A stretch of DNA of 32,000 nucleotides from Halomicrobium mukohataei DSM 12286 (GTDB taxonomy: Archaea; Halobacteriota; Halobacteria; Halobacteriales; Haloarculaceae). The DNA lies in contig NC_013202.1 in the NCBI RefSeq assembly GCF_000023965.1, forward strand, positions 240,001 to 272,000, written 5' to 3'. A model generated the notes under the pieces. It was not told where the DNA came from and made no database searches. It was given only the letters and a program-made list of their open reading frames with translations. Positions 1 through 7,701 of this stretch are shown here, one piece after another. Position 1 is the stretch's first letter; each line of letters opens with the position of its first letter. The translations under genes and the position numbers were made by a program.

Positions 1-389
1 TTGGTGTTGTCGAATCTAGTGTCCTCGACAATATTGAAGGTCCCACCGTCGGAGACCCACTGTGCGGTAGTAGTTTCCAGATCGACGTTGTCGGCACCCG
101 GAGCTTTCTTAACTGTCAAGATGACACGAGCCACCTCAGCGTCGCCGCTCGTTGAGGAGTCAGCATCGATGATTTCTTCACCAACTGCGTTGACGACTTG
201 CAGTCGGTTGGTGACCTGCGCACTGGACTGTTCACCGCTCTCTTCGGCACTGGACTGCAGGAACCCGGCGGTGTTGATCAGCACACCGGCGGCGATCGCC
301 GCGACCAGGACCATCGCGATGAACACGATTAGCGTCCCGATCCCGACCTGCCCGCGGTCGTTTTCCTCGTCGTCGAATAGTTCGATCAT
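1..389 (-). CDS. Archaellin (FlaA/FlaB = ArlA/ArlB family), 3'-truncated by window edge
   Basis: Minus-strand reading frame open to position 1. It is absent from the track because it has no in-window stop. ATG at 389 gives [45 protein letters not shown]..., the class III signal peptide plus hydrophobic N-terminal helix typical of archaellins. The first ~70 codons are nearly identical to the complete paralog at 702-1352. Confidence 0.9.
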   Translation of the reverse strand, partial: MIELFDDEENDRGQVGIGTLIVFIAMVLVAAIAAGVLINTAGFLQSSAEESGEQSSAQVTNRLQVVNAVGEEIIDADSSTSGDAEVARVILTVKKAPGADNVDLETTTAQWVSDGGTFNIVEDTRFDNT

Positions 390-476
390 GGTTGTGTCGT
401 GTCCCGAGTGCGAACACTCCGGACGCTACCAGAACATGACCACTACCCGGCAATAAGGCTAGGCCGCCAATTATCA
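175..476. repeat. Copy 1 of a 302-bp near-identical duplication (archaellin 5' CDS plus leader/promoter)
   Basis: Aligned by eye at a fixed offset of 963 nt with 1138-1439. I count about five mismatches (near 210, 330, 411, 423, 462). It covers the first ~215 nt of the CDS and ~87 nt upstream of the ATG. Confidence 0.9.
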
Positions 477-674
477 GTCTATGAATTTCCGATTTTGGTG
501 ACGATCTCCATTTTTGTAAGTGAAAAACGGGCAGCAGCAGTAGTTCTGAAGCCGGTCGGTGCTGGCCCCATGGCGGTCAAAGACATCCGTCAGTCCAAAA
601 TGCGTCTGGCACAGATCTGTTTGTGGAAAGGAACAGCAAACAAAATCGTCGCAAGCGTCTCGCTGTCGACCGTG

Positions 675-690
675 AAGAAAACAGAAAAAT
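675..690 (-). terminator. Oligo-T terminator after the complete archaellin gene
   Basis: On the minus strand, 12 nt after the stop at 702-704, the sequence reads ATTTTTCTGTTTTCTTC. Oligo-T tracts are the usual archaeal termination signal. Confidence 0.5.
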
Positions 691-701
691 GTCGGCGTCA
701 G

Positions 702-1352
702 TTAGAGGCTGACCGCAGATTTCCCGGAGAGAGACTCGGGCACGACCAGCGTCGCCGTCGTCTCGCCACCGGCCTGCGTGTTCAGCTTGACCGTCGCAGT
801 TGAACCTTCAGTGAGGTCCGCATTGACAGTGCTGACCACTGTATTCCCGTTATTATGTGAATCAGTACGGAACGTCATGGTTGCGCGGTCAGACGGATCA
901 TTCAGGACATCACTGTTGCCGATCGAATTATCGTCGTCCTGGAACGTCGAGATTGCGAAGGTAGCATCTCCCGAGGTCCCTCCAGTGCCTGAGGCTGGCT
1001 CACTAACGACATTGAATGTCCCATCAGAGGAGACCCACTGTGCAGTCGTAGTCTCGAGGTCGACGTTGTCAGCACCTGGAGCCTTCTTGACGGTAATGTT
1101 GACCGTCGTCACCTCGAAACCACTGTCATCGACAATGTCTTCACCAACTGCGTTGACGACTTGCAGTCGGTTAGTGACCTGCGCACTGGACTGTTCACCG
1201 CTCTCTTCGGCACTGGACTGCAGGAACCCGGCGGTGTTGATCAGCACACCGGCGGCGATCGCCGCGACCAGGACCATCGCGATGAACACGATCAGCGTCC
1301 CGATCCCGACCTGCCCGCGGTCGTTTTCCTCGTCGTCGAATAGTTCGATCAT
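702..1352 (-). CDS. Archaellin (FlaA/FlaB = ArlA/ArlB family), complete, 216 aa
   Basis: Track ORF. N-terminus is [65 protein letters not shown], with the prepilin-peptidase-type [11 protein letters not shown] junction. The C-terminal region is Thr/Ser/Asp-rich and variable, with an NIT sequon. Confidence 0.95.
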   Translation of the reverse strand: MIELFDDEENDRGQVGIGTLIVFIAMVLVAAIAAGVLINTAGFLQSSAEESGEQSSAQVTNRLQVVNAVGEDIVDDSGFEVTTVNITVKKAPGADNVDLETTTAQWVSSDGTFNVVSEPASGTGGTSGDATFAISTFQDDDNSIGNSDVLNDPSDRATMTFRTDSHNNGNTVVSTVNADLTEGSTATVKLNTQAGGETTATLVVPESLSGKSAVSL

Positions 1353-1439
1353 GGTTGTGTCGTGTCCCGAGTGTGAACACTCCGGGCGCTACCAGAACAT
1401 GACCACTACCCGGCAATAAGGCTATGCCGCCAATTATCA
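1138..1439. repeat. Copy 2 of the 302-bp archaellin 5' duplication
   Basis: See copy 1. Identity drops sharply outside these bounds (1-174 versus 964-1137 are only moderately similar). Confidence 0.9.
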
Positions 1440-1579
1440 CAGTTGAAACGGACATCTCCAGACGAAACGACCGGTTTCAGGGATGAGAAATACGGTGGAG
1501 AACCGAACGGAACGGCTGTTTTCAGCGCAGGCCAGTCATCCGGAATCGCGAAGTCCCGAGGATCACTGGCCCAGTCGTC

Positions 1580-1858
1580 CTAGCTATCGTAGGCGACGAG
1601 GCTGTACATCACGAACAGGAACCCGAACGTCGTCAGCCCGCTGTTGACCAGCAGGAGCGACCGGACGCCCTCGAAGTCGTTGACGAACGCGCTGATCATC
1701 GTCGCGGCCGCACCGGCGACCGCCAGCGCGAACCCAAGCGAGAGGTGCAACATCGCGTCACGGGACGTCTGGACGTACGCACGCATAGCCATCCCGACCA
1801 TCGTGAGTCCGGCGACGACGAAGACGAGCGTAGAGATAGCGTACAGGAGTTCTATCAT
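1580..1858 (-). CDS. Small integral membrane protein (about 3 TM helices), function unknown
   Basis: Track ORF 1580-1864 begins with GTG. An in-frame ATG at 1858 gives MIELLYAISTLVFVVAGLTMVGMAM... with three hydrophobic stretches. A TATA-like TTTATTA (minus strand, 1889-1895) lies about 31-37 nt upstream. Confidence 0.65.
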   Translation of the reverse strand: MIELLYAISTLVFVVAGLTMVGMAMRAYVQTSRDAMLHLSLGFALAVAGAAATMISAFVNDFEGVRSLLLVNSGLTTFGFLFVMYSLVAYDS

Positions 1859-1888
1859 CGGCACTAACGTACGCTATTCCGTTCCAGC

Positions 1889-1895
1889 TAATAAA
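1889..1895 (-). promoter_or_regulatory. TATA-like box for the small membrane protein gene
   Basis: The minus strand reads TTTATTA about 31-37 nt upstream of the ATG at 1858. This spacing fits a leaderless or near-leaderless haloarchaeal transcript. Confidence 0.4.
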
Positions 1896-1966
1896 TCCAC
1901 CCTCGAAAATATTGTTGCTGATAATCGAACCGAGACGTGATAACGAGACCGTTCGCGCGTGCGAGA

Positions 1967-2302
1967 CTATCCTTCGGAGAGGGTCCGCCAGGCCTCGTCG
2001 AGCTTGTTGGTCACTTCCGACCGGTCCTCGACGTGGACGGAGAGCTCGTCGTCGAAGTCGACGGTGATCTCGTCGACGGAACGGCGATAGACCTTGATGC
2101 GACGGCGGTCGTCAGAGAGAATGTTGTCGTGGAGTTCGAGCAGGTCGTGTTCGGTCAGCTCGTCGATCCGGCGGTAGCACGTCGCGATCGGGATCCCCAG
2201 CTCGTCGCTGAGTTCCTGGGCGGACGCGGGTTCGTCCGTGGCATCCAAGATCTCTGCGCTGTATTTGTTCCCCAGCGTTTGCAGAATATCCACTGAAGCC
2301 AT
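1967..2302 (-). CDS. Winged helix-turn-helix transcriptional regulator (ArsR/TrmB-like), 111 aa
   Basis: Track ORF. SAEILDATDEPASAQELSDELGIPIATCYRRIDELTEHDLLE is a typical wHTH recognition unit, followed by an acidic C-terminal half. Confidence 0.8.
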   Translation of the reverse strand: MASVDILQTLGNKYSAEILDATDEPASAQELSDELGIPIATCYRRIDELTEHDLLELHDNILSDDRRRIKVYRRSVDEITVDFDDELSVHVEDRSEVTNKLDEAWRTLSEG

Positions 2303-2330
2303 CGGTTATCAAATAGTGTATTTTTCGGAG

Positions 2331-2337
2331 TATAAAG
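2331..2337 (-). promoter_or_regulatory. TATA box for the wHTH regulator gene
   Basis: The minus strand reads CTTTATA 29-35 nt upstream of the ATG at 2302 (leaderless geometry). Confidence 0.45.
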
Positions 2338-2403
2338 CTATCGCCCGTGATACTGGCCGATATCGGTCGAATTTCGCGGAGAGTCCGATCGGCGGCAAAC
2401 GAG

Positions 2404-2429
2404 AAAAACCGCCGCAGTACTGCGTTTTT
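2404..2429. terminator. Bidirectional hairpin plus oligo-T terminator after the KaiC-like gene
   Basis: AAAAACCGC-CGCAGTACTGCG-TTTTT. A perfect 12-nt palindrome (2413-2424) is flanked by A5 (2404-2408) and T5 (2425-2429). On the minus strand it gives hairpin-GGCGG-TTTTT, 22 nt after the stop at 2451. Confidence 0.5.
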
Positions 2430-2450
2430 GTCGATAATAATAGCGACTGG

Positions 2451-3176
2451 TCAGATCGGAGAGTCCTCTTCGCTCATCATCGAGAACGCGCTCGCGTTTT
2501 CGTGGACCTTGATACCACCCCACGAGATCTCCATCGGGTAGATGTCCGTCTCGATGTCCTGTTTGCGCATCTTCGCGACCCAGACGTATCGGTTGACGCC
2601 GGTGTCGGTCGGCGTCTGGATCAGGTAGATGTTGCCGTCGGTGAGGTAGTTCTCCAGGCCGATGTCCGTGTCCGGGAACACCGCGCCCTGTTCGTTGGTC
2701 AGGAGACTCGTCAATCCGTTGTTGTTGAGGATGTCCGTGAACTTCAGCAGGTACGTGCGTTTTTCTGTCTCGTCTTCGAAGAACAGCTCGAACATCGTCA
2801 GCGAGTCCAGCACCAGCCGGTCGTACTTGTCGTCTTCGAGGTCGTCGAGGAGTAGTTCCAGCGAGGAAGAGAAGTCGTTCTCCCGAAGCAAGACCTGCTT
2901 GTCGTACACTTTGATGTCGCCGCTCTCGACGAATTCGGGCCACTTGTCGAAGCCGATCGACTCCGCGGCCTCTCTGAGGTCGGATTCGTTCTCTTCGAAG
3001 GAGAGATAGATCCCTTTCTCGTCGAACTGCTCGACGCCGTTGTAGATGTACTGGAGGCCGAGAATCGACTTCCCGGCACCGGGGTTCCCACTCACCAGCG
3101 TCGTCGAGTTCGTGACGATACCACCGTTCAAAATTGCGTCGAGGCCGTCGATACCTGTCTTTGTGAGTTCGATCAT
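2451..3176 (-). CDS. Single-domain KaiC/RecA-superfamily ATPase (KaiC-like, Rad55/ArlH-related fold), 241 aa
   Basis: Track ORF. TGIDGLDAILNGG, then Walker A GNPGAGKS, catalytic-Glu region YLSFEE and Walker B RLVLDS. G+C and GC3 are visibly lower than in neighbouring genes (many AAT, TTT and AAA-type codons). Confidence 0.8.
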   Translation of the reverse strand: MIELTKTGIDGLDAILNGGIVTNSTTLVSGNPGAGKSILGLQYIYNGVEQFDEKGIYLSFEENESDLREAAESIGFDKWPEFVESGDIKVYDKQVLLRENDFSSSLELLLDDLEDDKYDRLVLDSLTMFELFFEDETEKRTYLLKFTDILNNNGLTSLLTNEQGAVFPDTDIGLENYLTDGNIYLIQTPTDTGVNRYVWVAKMRKQDIETDIYPMEISWGGIKVHENASAFSMMSEEDSPI

Positions 3177-3232
3177 TGTTGCTGTATCCGGGGATGGCGG
3201 TACGGAATTGCGTTGAAATCTCGGGGCTGAGT

Positions 3233-3238
3233 AAAAAA
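3233..3238 (-). terminator. T6 tract after cheW
   Basis: The minus strand reads ACTTTTTTAC, 11-16 nt after the cheW stop codon at 3249-3251. Confidence 0.4.
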
Positions 3239-3248
3239 GTCTTGCTCC

Positions 3249-3674
3249 CTAATTCGAGTGAACGACCCGCGGATCGACCCAGATGACGAAGTCGTCGTCC
3301 CGCTTGACGACGCCGCGGATCGACCCGTCGCTGTCGGCGGCCGGCGAGTCGTCGACCTGTTCGTCGGAGATCTGGACCACCTGGTCGACTTCGTCGACGA
3401 GCCAGCCGGCGGCGCTCTGGTCTTCGACGATCTCCGGATCGAAGACGATGATTCGCTGTTCGGCACCGCCGTCGCCGATCCCGAACACCGACTTGGGGTT
3501 CACGATCGACGTGGTCCGCCCGCGCAGGTCCATCACCCCTTCGACGTGGCGGGGCGCGTTCGGGACTGTCGTCAGGTCGCCCACGTCGACGATCTCCGTG
3601 ACGTAGTCGATGCTGACGCAGTACGTCTCTTCGCCCAGTTCGAATTCGAGTACCTGACCTTCTGTTGTTGACAT
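3249..3674 (-). CDS. cheW: Chemotaxis coupling protein CheW, 141 aa
   Basis: Internal ATG (3674) of track ORF 3249-3869. MSTTEGQVLEFELGEETYCVSIDYVTEIVDVGDLTTVPNAPRHVEGVMDLRGRTTSIVNPKSVFG... is a canonical CheW domain. The upstream 65 codons are basic and not protein-like. Confidence 0.92.
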   Translation of the reverse strand: MSTTEGQVLEFELGEETYCVSIDYVTEIVDVGDLTTVPNAPRHVEGVMDLRGRTTSIVNPKSVFGIGDGGAEQRIIVFDPEIVEDQSAAGWLVDEVDQVVQISDEQVDDSPAADSDGSIRGVVKRDDDFVIWVDPRVVHSN

Positions 3675-3853
3675 ACCTGACGACTCCCGGTTATGAGTAC
3701 CGAGCCGATACGCCGACTTAAGCCTGCCCTCTGTGCTATCAAAGTTGATTACGTGGGCGGAGTCTTTATTTTGGTGCCACGCCCGCCTTTCAGGTAGCAA
3801 TGGATCTGGCTCGACTGCTAACTGGCGTCGACGTGCGCGGGCACGGGTGACCG

Positions 3854-4930
3854 ATGGCCGGTAGTACACCCCGCGCCGTCGTCGCAGACGACTCTCACTT
3901 CATGCGTAGTGTCATCTCCGACATCCTGGACGAGGGTGGTGTCGACGTCGTCGCGGAGGCCAAAAACGGTCGCGAGGCGGTCGCGCTCGTCGACGAACAC
4001 CGGCCGGACGTCGTGACCATGGACGTGGAAATGCCCGAGATGGATGGCATCAGTGCCGTCGAGCAGATCATGGAACAGTGCCCGACGCCGGTCCTGATGC
4101 TGTCGGCTCACACTGACGAGAACGCGGACGTGACCTTCGAGGCGCTCGACGTGGGTGCGGTCGACTTCTTCACCAAACCCGGCGGCGAGGTCTCGATGGA
4201 GATGTCGCGGCTGAAAGACCAGCTCCTCGAGATGGTCCTGTCCGTGGCCGACGTGGACGTGTCGGGCACGTCGGGACGGACACCGACTGCGTCGCCGAAT
4301 CGGTCGCCCACCAGTACGCCCGAGGCGGTCGCGGACGACTACGATGCGAACCCGACGTTGATCATCGGCTCCTCGACGGGCGGACCGAAGATGGTCGAGT
4401 CCGTCCTCTCGGAGTTGCCCCTGGCAGCGGACTTTCGCGTGCTGGTCGTCCAGCACATGCCCGGCGGTTTCACCGGACGGTTCGCGCAGCGAATCGACGC
4501 CCGGAGCGACTACGACGTGCGGGAAGCCCAGGACGGTGACCGCATCTCGGGCGGCGAGGCGCTGATCGCGGCCGGCGACTACCACCTGCGAGTCAAGAAC
4601 TACCGGAACGGGCGGCTGCGGGTCAAGCTGTCGGACGATCCACCGGTCAACAGCGTCCGGCCGGCCGTCGACGTGACCATGGAGACGGCCGCGGACGTGA
4701 TCGACGACCCGCTGGTCGGGGTGATACTCACCGGAATGGGCAACGACGGTGCAGCGGGTATCGAGCGGATCAAAGCGGCCGGCGGACGGACCATCGCACA
4801 GGACGAGGCCACGTCGGCGGTCTACGGAATGCCACAGCGAGCGGCCGAGACCGGCTGTGTCGACAGCATCCTGCCGATCGAGGAGATCCCGGCAGGTATC
4901 GTCGAGACGATCAAACGAGAGGTGACATAA
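3854..4930 (+). CDS. cheB: Protein-glutamate methylesterase CheB (receiver plus methylesterase domains)
   Basis: Track ORF. The N-terminal receiver is VVADDSHFMR...DVVTMDVEMPEMDG, followed by a linker and then GSSTGGP...VVQHMPGGFT...GMGNDGAAG esterase motifs. Confidence 0.95.
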   Translation: MAGSTPRAVVADDSHFMRSVISDILDEGGVDVVAEAKNGREAVALVDEHRPDVVTMDVEMPEMDGISAVEQIMEQCPTPVLMLSAHTDENADVTFEALDVGAVDFFTKPGGEVSMEMSRLKDQLLEMVLSVADVDVSGTSGRTPTASPNRSPTSTPEAVADDYDANPTLIIGSSTGGPKMVESVLSELPLAADFRVLVVQHMPGGFTGRFAQRIDARSDYDVREAQDGDRISGGEALIAAGDYHLRVKNYRNGRLRVKLSDDPPVNSVRPAVDVTMETAADVIDDPLVGVILTGMGNDGAAGIERIKAAGGRTIAQDEATSAVYGMPQRAAETGCVDSILPIEEIPAGIVETIKREVT

Positions 4931-4931
4931 C

Positions 4932-6881
4932 ATGAACGATCAGTACCTCGATGCGTTTATTCGAGAGAGCGAAGAGGCGATCACGGAACTGAACAACTCC
5001 CTGCTGGATCTGGAGTCGGATCCGGAGGACACGGAAGCGATGGAGTCCATCTTCCGGACGGCACACACGCTCAAAGGGAACTTCGGCGCGATGGGGTTCG
5101 ACGACGCGTCGTCGCTGGCCCACGCTATCGAAGACCTCCTGGACGAGATGCGGGACGGTAACATGCCCGTCACGCCGGACGTGATGGACCTGATCTTCGC
5201 GGGCGTGGACAAGATAGAGGCCATCGTCAGCGAGATCGAGGAACACGGCGAGTCCGGGACCGACGTAGACGAGATCGTCGACGACCTCCGAACGGTCCTC
5301 GAAGAGGGCGTCGACGCCGCCGAGGGCGCGGCCGACGACGCGGACGGTCCGGACGAGGCCCCGGACGATACGACCGACACGGACTCGTCCGGAGACGGAG
5401 ACGTTGCCGTCGAGACGAACGTCAGTCCCGACACGGCCGACGACAGCATCATCGCCGCGGAGATCGACATCGGCGACTCCGACATGCTGGGCGTCGACGC
5501 GATGCTGGCGATCGAGGCCGTCGAGGACTACTTCGACGTGCTCGATGCCGCCCCACAGCGCGAGGCCGTCGAAGACGGGGAGTTCAGCGATACGTTCACC
5601 CTGTACCTCGACGCCGAAGACACCGGGACCGTCGACAACACGCTTTCCGGGATCGGCAAGATCGAGAGCGCGGAGACGGCAGACGTGACCGACGCACTCA
5701 GCGAGAAAAGCGGGAGCACCAGCGACGAGACCGAACACAAGGTCGACGAGATCAAGTCCGTCCGCGTCGACGTCGACCAGCTCGACGATCTCCACGGACT
5801 GGTCGAGCAGCTGGTGACCAGCCGAATCAAGCTCCGCCGTGCCGTCGAGCAGGACGACCTCGACGGAGCCGGCGAGAACCTCAACGAGCTGGACAAGATC
5901 ACGGCGAACCTCCAGAACACCGTGATGGACATGCGTCTGATCCCGCTGAAGAAGGTCGTCGGGAAGTTCCCGCGGCTGGTTCGGGACCTCTCGCGGGATC
6001 TGGGCAAGGAGGTCGACTTCGAGATCGAGGGCGAAGACATCGAACTCGACCGGACGATCCTCACGGAGATCTCCGACCCGCTGATGCACATCCTGCGCAA
6101 CTCCGTCGACCACGGCATCGAGCCACCGGAGGTCCGCGAGGAGAAGGGCAAGCCACGCACGGGCACGGTCGAACTCAGGGCCTCCCGCGAGCGCGATCAC
6201 GTCATCATCCAGGTCGAGGACGACGGGGCCGGCCTCGACGTCGAGGCGATCAGAGACAAGGCCATCGAGAAGGGCGTCCGTTCGCCCGAAGAGTTAGAGG
6301 CGATGGACGACTCCTCGATCTACGACCTGGTCTTTCACCCCGGCTTCTCGACGGCCGACCAGGTCACCGACACGAGCGGCCGCGGCGTCGGCATGGACGT
6401 GGTCCACGACACCGTCACACAACTGGACGGGTCGGTCAACGTCGAGTCGACGCCGGGCGAGGGGACGACGGTGTCGCTTCGCCTGCCGGTGACGATGGCG
6501 ATCGTCAAGGTGCTGTTCGTCGAGGTCGGCGACGAGGAGTACGGGATCCCGCTGAAGAACGTCGACGAGATCACCCGTGCCGACGACCGCAAGCAGGTCA
6601 ACGGCAAGGACGTGATCAAGCACAACGACGAGATCTACCCGATCATTCAGCTGGGCGAGACGTTCGACGCGCCCGGCGAGACCGCCAACGGCGACGGGAT
6701 GCTCGTCCGCGTCCGGGAGTCCGAGCGCCAGGTCGCGTTGCACTGTGACTCGGTCAACAGCCAGGAGGAAGTCGTCGTCAAGCCGCTGGAGGGGATCCTC
6801 AGCGGAACGCCCGGCCTGTCCGGGACCGCGGTGCTCGGCGACGGAAACATCGTCCACATCCTCGACGTGGTGACGCTATGA
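4932..6881 (+). CDS. cheA: Chemotaxis histidine kinase CheA, 649 aa
   Basis: Track ORF. Hpt motif FRTAHTLKGNFGAMGF, a long Asp/Glu-rich linker, a dimerisation region, HATPase motifs (HILRNSVDHGIE, DDGAGLD, GRGVGMD) and a C-terminal CheW-like domain. It starts 1 nt after the cheB stop. Confidence 0.97.
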   Translation: MNDQYLDAFIRESEEAITELNNSLLDLESDPEDTEAMESIFRTAHTLKGNFGAMGFDDASSLAHAIEDLLDEMRDGNMPVTPDVMDLIFAGVDKIEAIVSEIEEHGESGTDVDEIVDDLRTVLEEGVDAAEGAADDADGPDEAPDDTTDTDSSGDGDVAVETNVSPDTADDSIIAAEIDIGDSDMLGVDAMLAIEAVEDYFDVLDAAPQREAVEDGEFSDTFTLYLDAEDTGTVDNTLSGIGKIESAETADVTDALSEKSGSTSDETEHKVDEIKSVRVDVDQLDDLHGLVEQLVTSRIKLRRAVEQDDLDGAGENLNELDKITANLQNTVMDMRLIPLKKVVGKFPRLVRDLSRDLGKEVDFEIEGEDIELDRTILTEISDPLMHILRNSVDHGIEPPEVREEKGKPRTGTVELRASRERDHVIIQVEDDGAGLDVEAIRDKAIEKGVRSPEELEAMDDSSIYDLVFHPGFSTADQVTDTSGRGVGMDVVHDTVTQLDGSVNVESTPGEGTTVSLRLPVTMAIVKVLFVEVGDEEYGIPLKNVDEITRADDRKQVNGKDVIKHNDEIYPIIQLGETFDAPGETANGDGMLVRVRESERQVALHCDSVNSQEEVVVKPLEGILSGTPGLSGTAVLGDGNIVHILDVVTL

Positions 6882-6891
6882 GGGCAGTTCG

Positions 6892-7701
6892 ATGAGCCAG
6901 GGCGACCAGCGGCAGTTTCAGGAACTACTGGAGTTCATCGGTGCCGAGATGGACTTCGAGTCGGGGTTCTACAACGACGCGTACCTCGATCGCCGCATCA
7001 CCGCCCGGATGCGCCGGACCGACATCGACAGCTACCGCGAGTACCGCCGGCAACTGGAGCGAGACGACGACGAGCGAGCGGCGCTGCTCGACTCGCTGTC
7101 GATCAACGTCACGGGCTTCTTTCGCAACCCAGAGGCCTGGGAGAGCCTCCGGAGCGTCCTCCGGGACCTGACCGACCAGCACCGCCGCGTGAACCTCTGG
7201 AGTGCGCCCTGTGCCGACGGTCGAGAGCCCTACTCCGCGGCGATGCTCGCGCTGGACGACCCGCAGGTCGACGACCGCTCGGTCTCGATACTGGGAACCG
7301 ACATCAACGAGGACATCCTCCGGGAGGCGCGCGAGGGTACCTACGAGACCTCACACACCACGGACATCGCAGACGAGCTCGCCCCCCTCGACGACTACAG
7401 CGAGTACATCGATCGCGACGGCGACTCGTTTCGCATCCGAAAGCGGGTCAGCGACATGGTCGAGTTCGAGCAACACGACCTCATCCGCGGCGCGTCGAAG
7501 CGGGACTTCGACCTCGTGTTCTGTCGGAACCTCCTGATCTACATCGACGGCGAGTACAAGGTGCCGATCTTCGAGACGATCGAGGAATCGCTGCGTGAGG
7601 GTGGCTACCTGATGATCGGGATGACAGAGACGCTGCCGACCGCCTGCCGAGACAGCTTCGAGGCGGTCGACAAGCAACACCGCATCTACCGGAAGGTATG
7701 A
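6892..7701 (+). CDS. cheR: Chemotaxis protein methyltransferase CheR
   Basis: Track ORF. Contains INVTGFFRNPEAW, WSAPCADGREPYS and VFCRNLLIYID, the CheR SAM-methyltransferase motifs. Confidence 0.95.
   Translation: MSQGDQRQFQELLEFIGAEMDFESGFYNDAYLDRRITARMRRTDIDSYREYRRQLERDDDERAALLDSLSINVTGFFRNPEAWESLRSVLRDLTDQHRRVNLWSAPCADGREPYSAAMLALDDPQVDDRSVSILGTDINEDILREAREGTYETSHTTDIADELAPLDDYSEYIDRDGDSFRIRKRVSDMVEFEQHDLIRGASKRDFDLVFCRNLLIYIDGEYKVPIFETIEESLREGGYLMIGMTETLPTACRDSFEAVDKQHRIYRKV

Noticed and set aside
399-803. 134-aa plus-strand ORF spanning the archaellin intergenic region.
   Set aside because: It runs through AT-rich intergenic sequence and the antisense of the archaellin 3' end, and its translation is basic and low-complexity. 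The region contains the archaellin terminator and promoter instead.
2451-3176. Calling the KaiC-like ATPase ArlH (FlaH).
   Set aside because: Its location near the archaellins is suggestive. However, canonical arlH lies in arlF-G-H-I-J, none of which is in the window, and I cannot verify orthology by eye. I kept the generic KaiC/RecA-type call and flagged it as a finding.
3675-3869. N-terminal extensions offered by the track for cheW. Similar extensions appear for the aldo/keto reductase (21292-21381), the lipoprotein (22385-22522), the GGR homolog (26913-26987) and cheF1 (8755-8994).
   Set aside because: The extensions are basic or non-homologous and overlap upstream genes or promoters. Internal ATGs give canonical N-termini: the start of the CheW domain, the Tat signal, the FAD GxGxxG motif and the CheF start.
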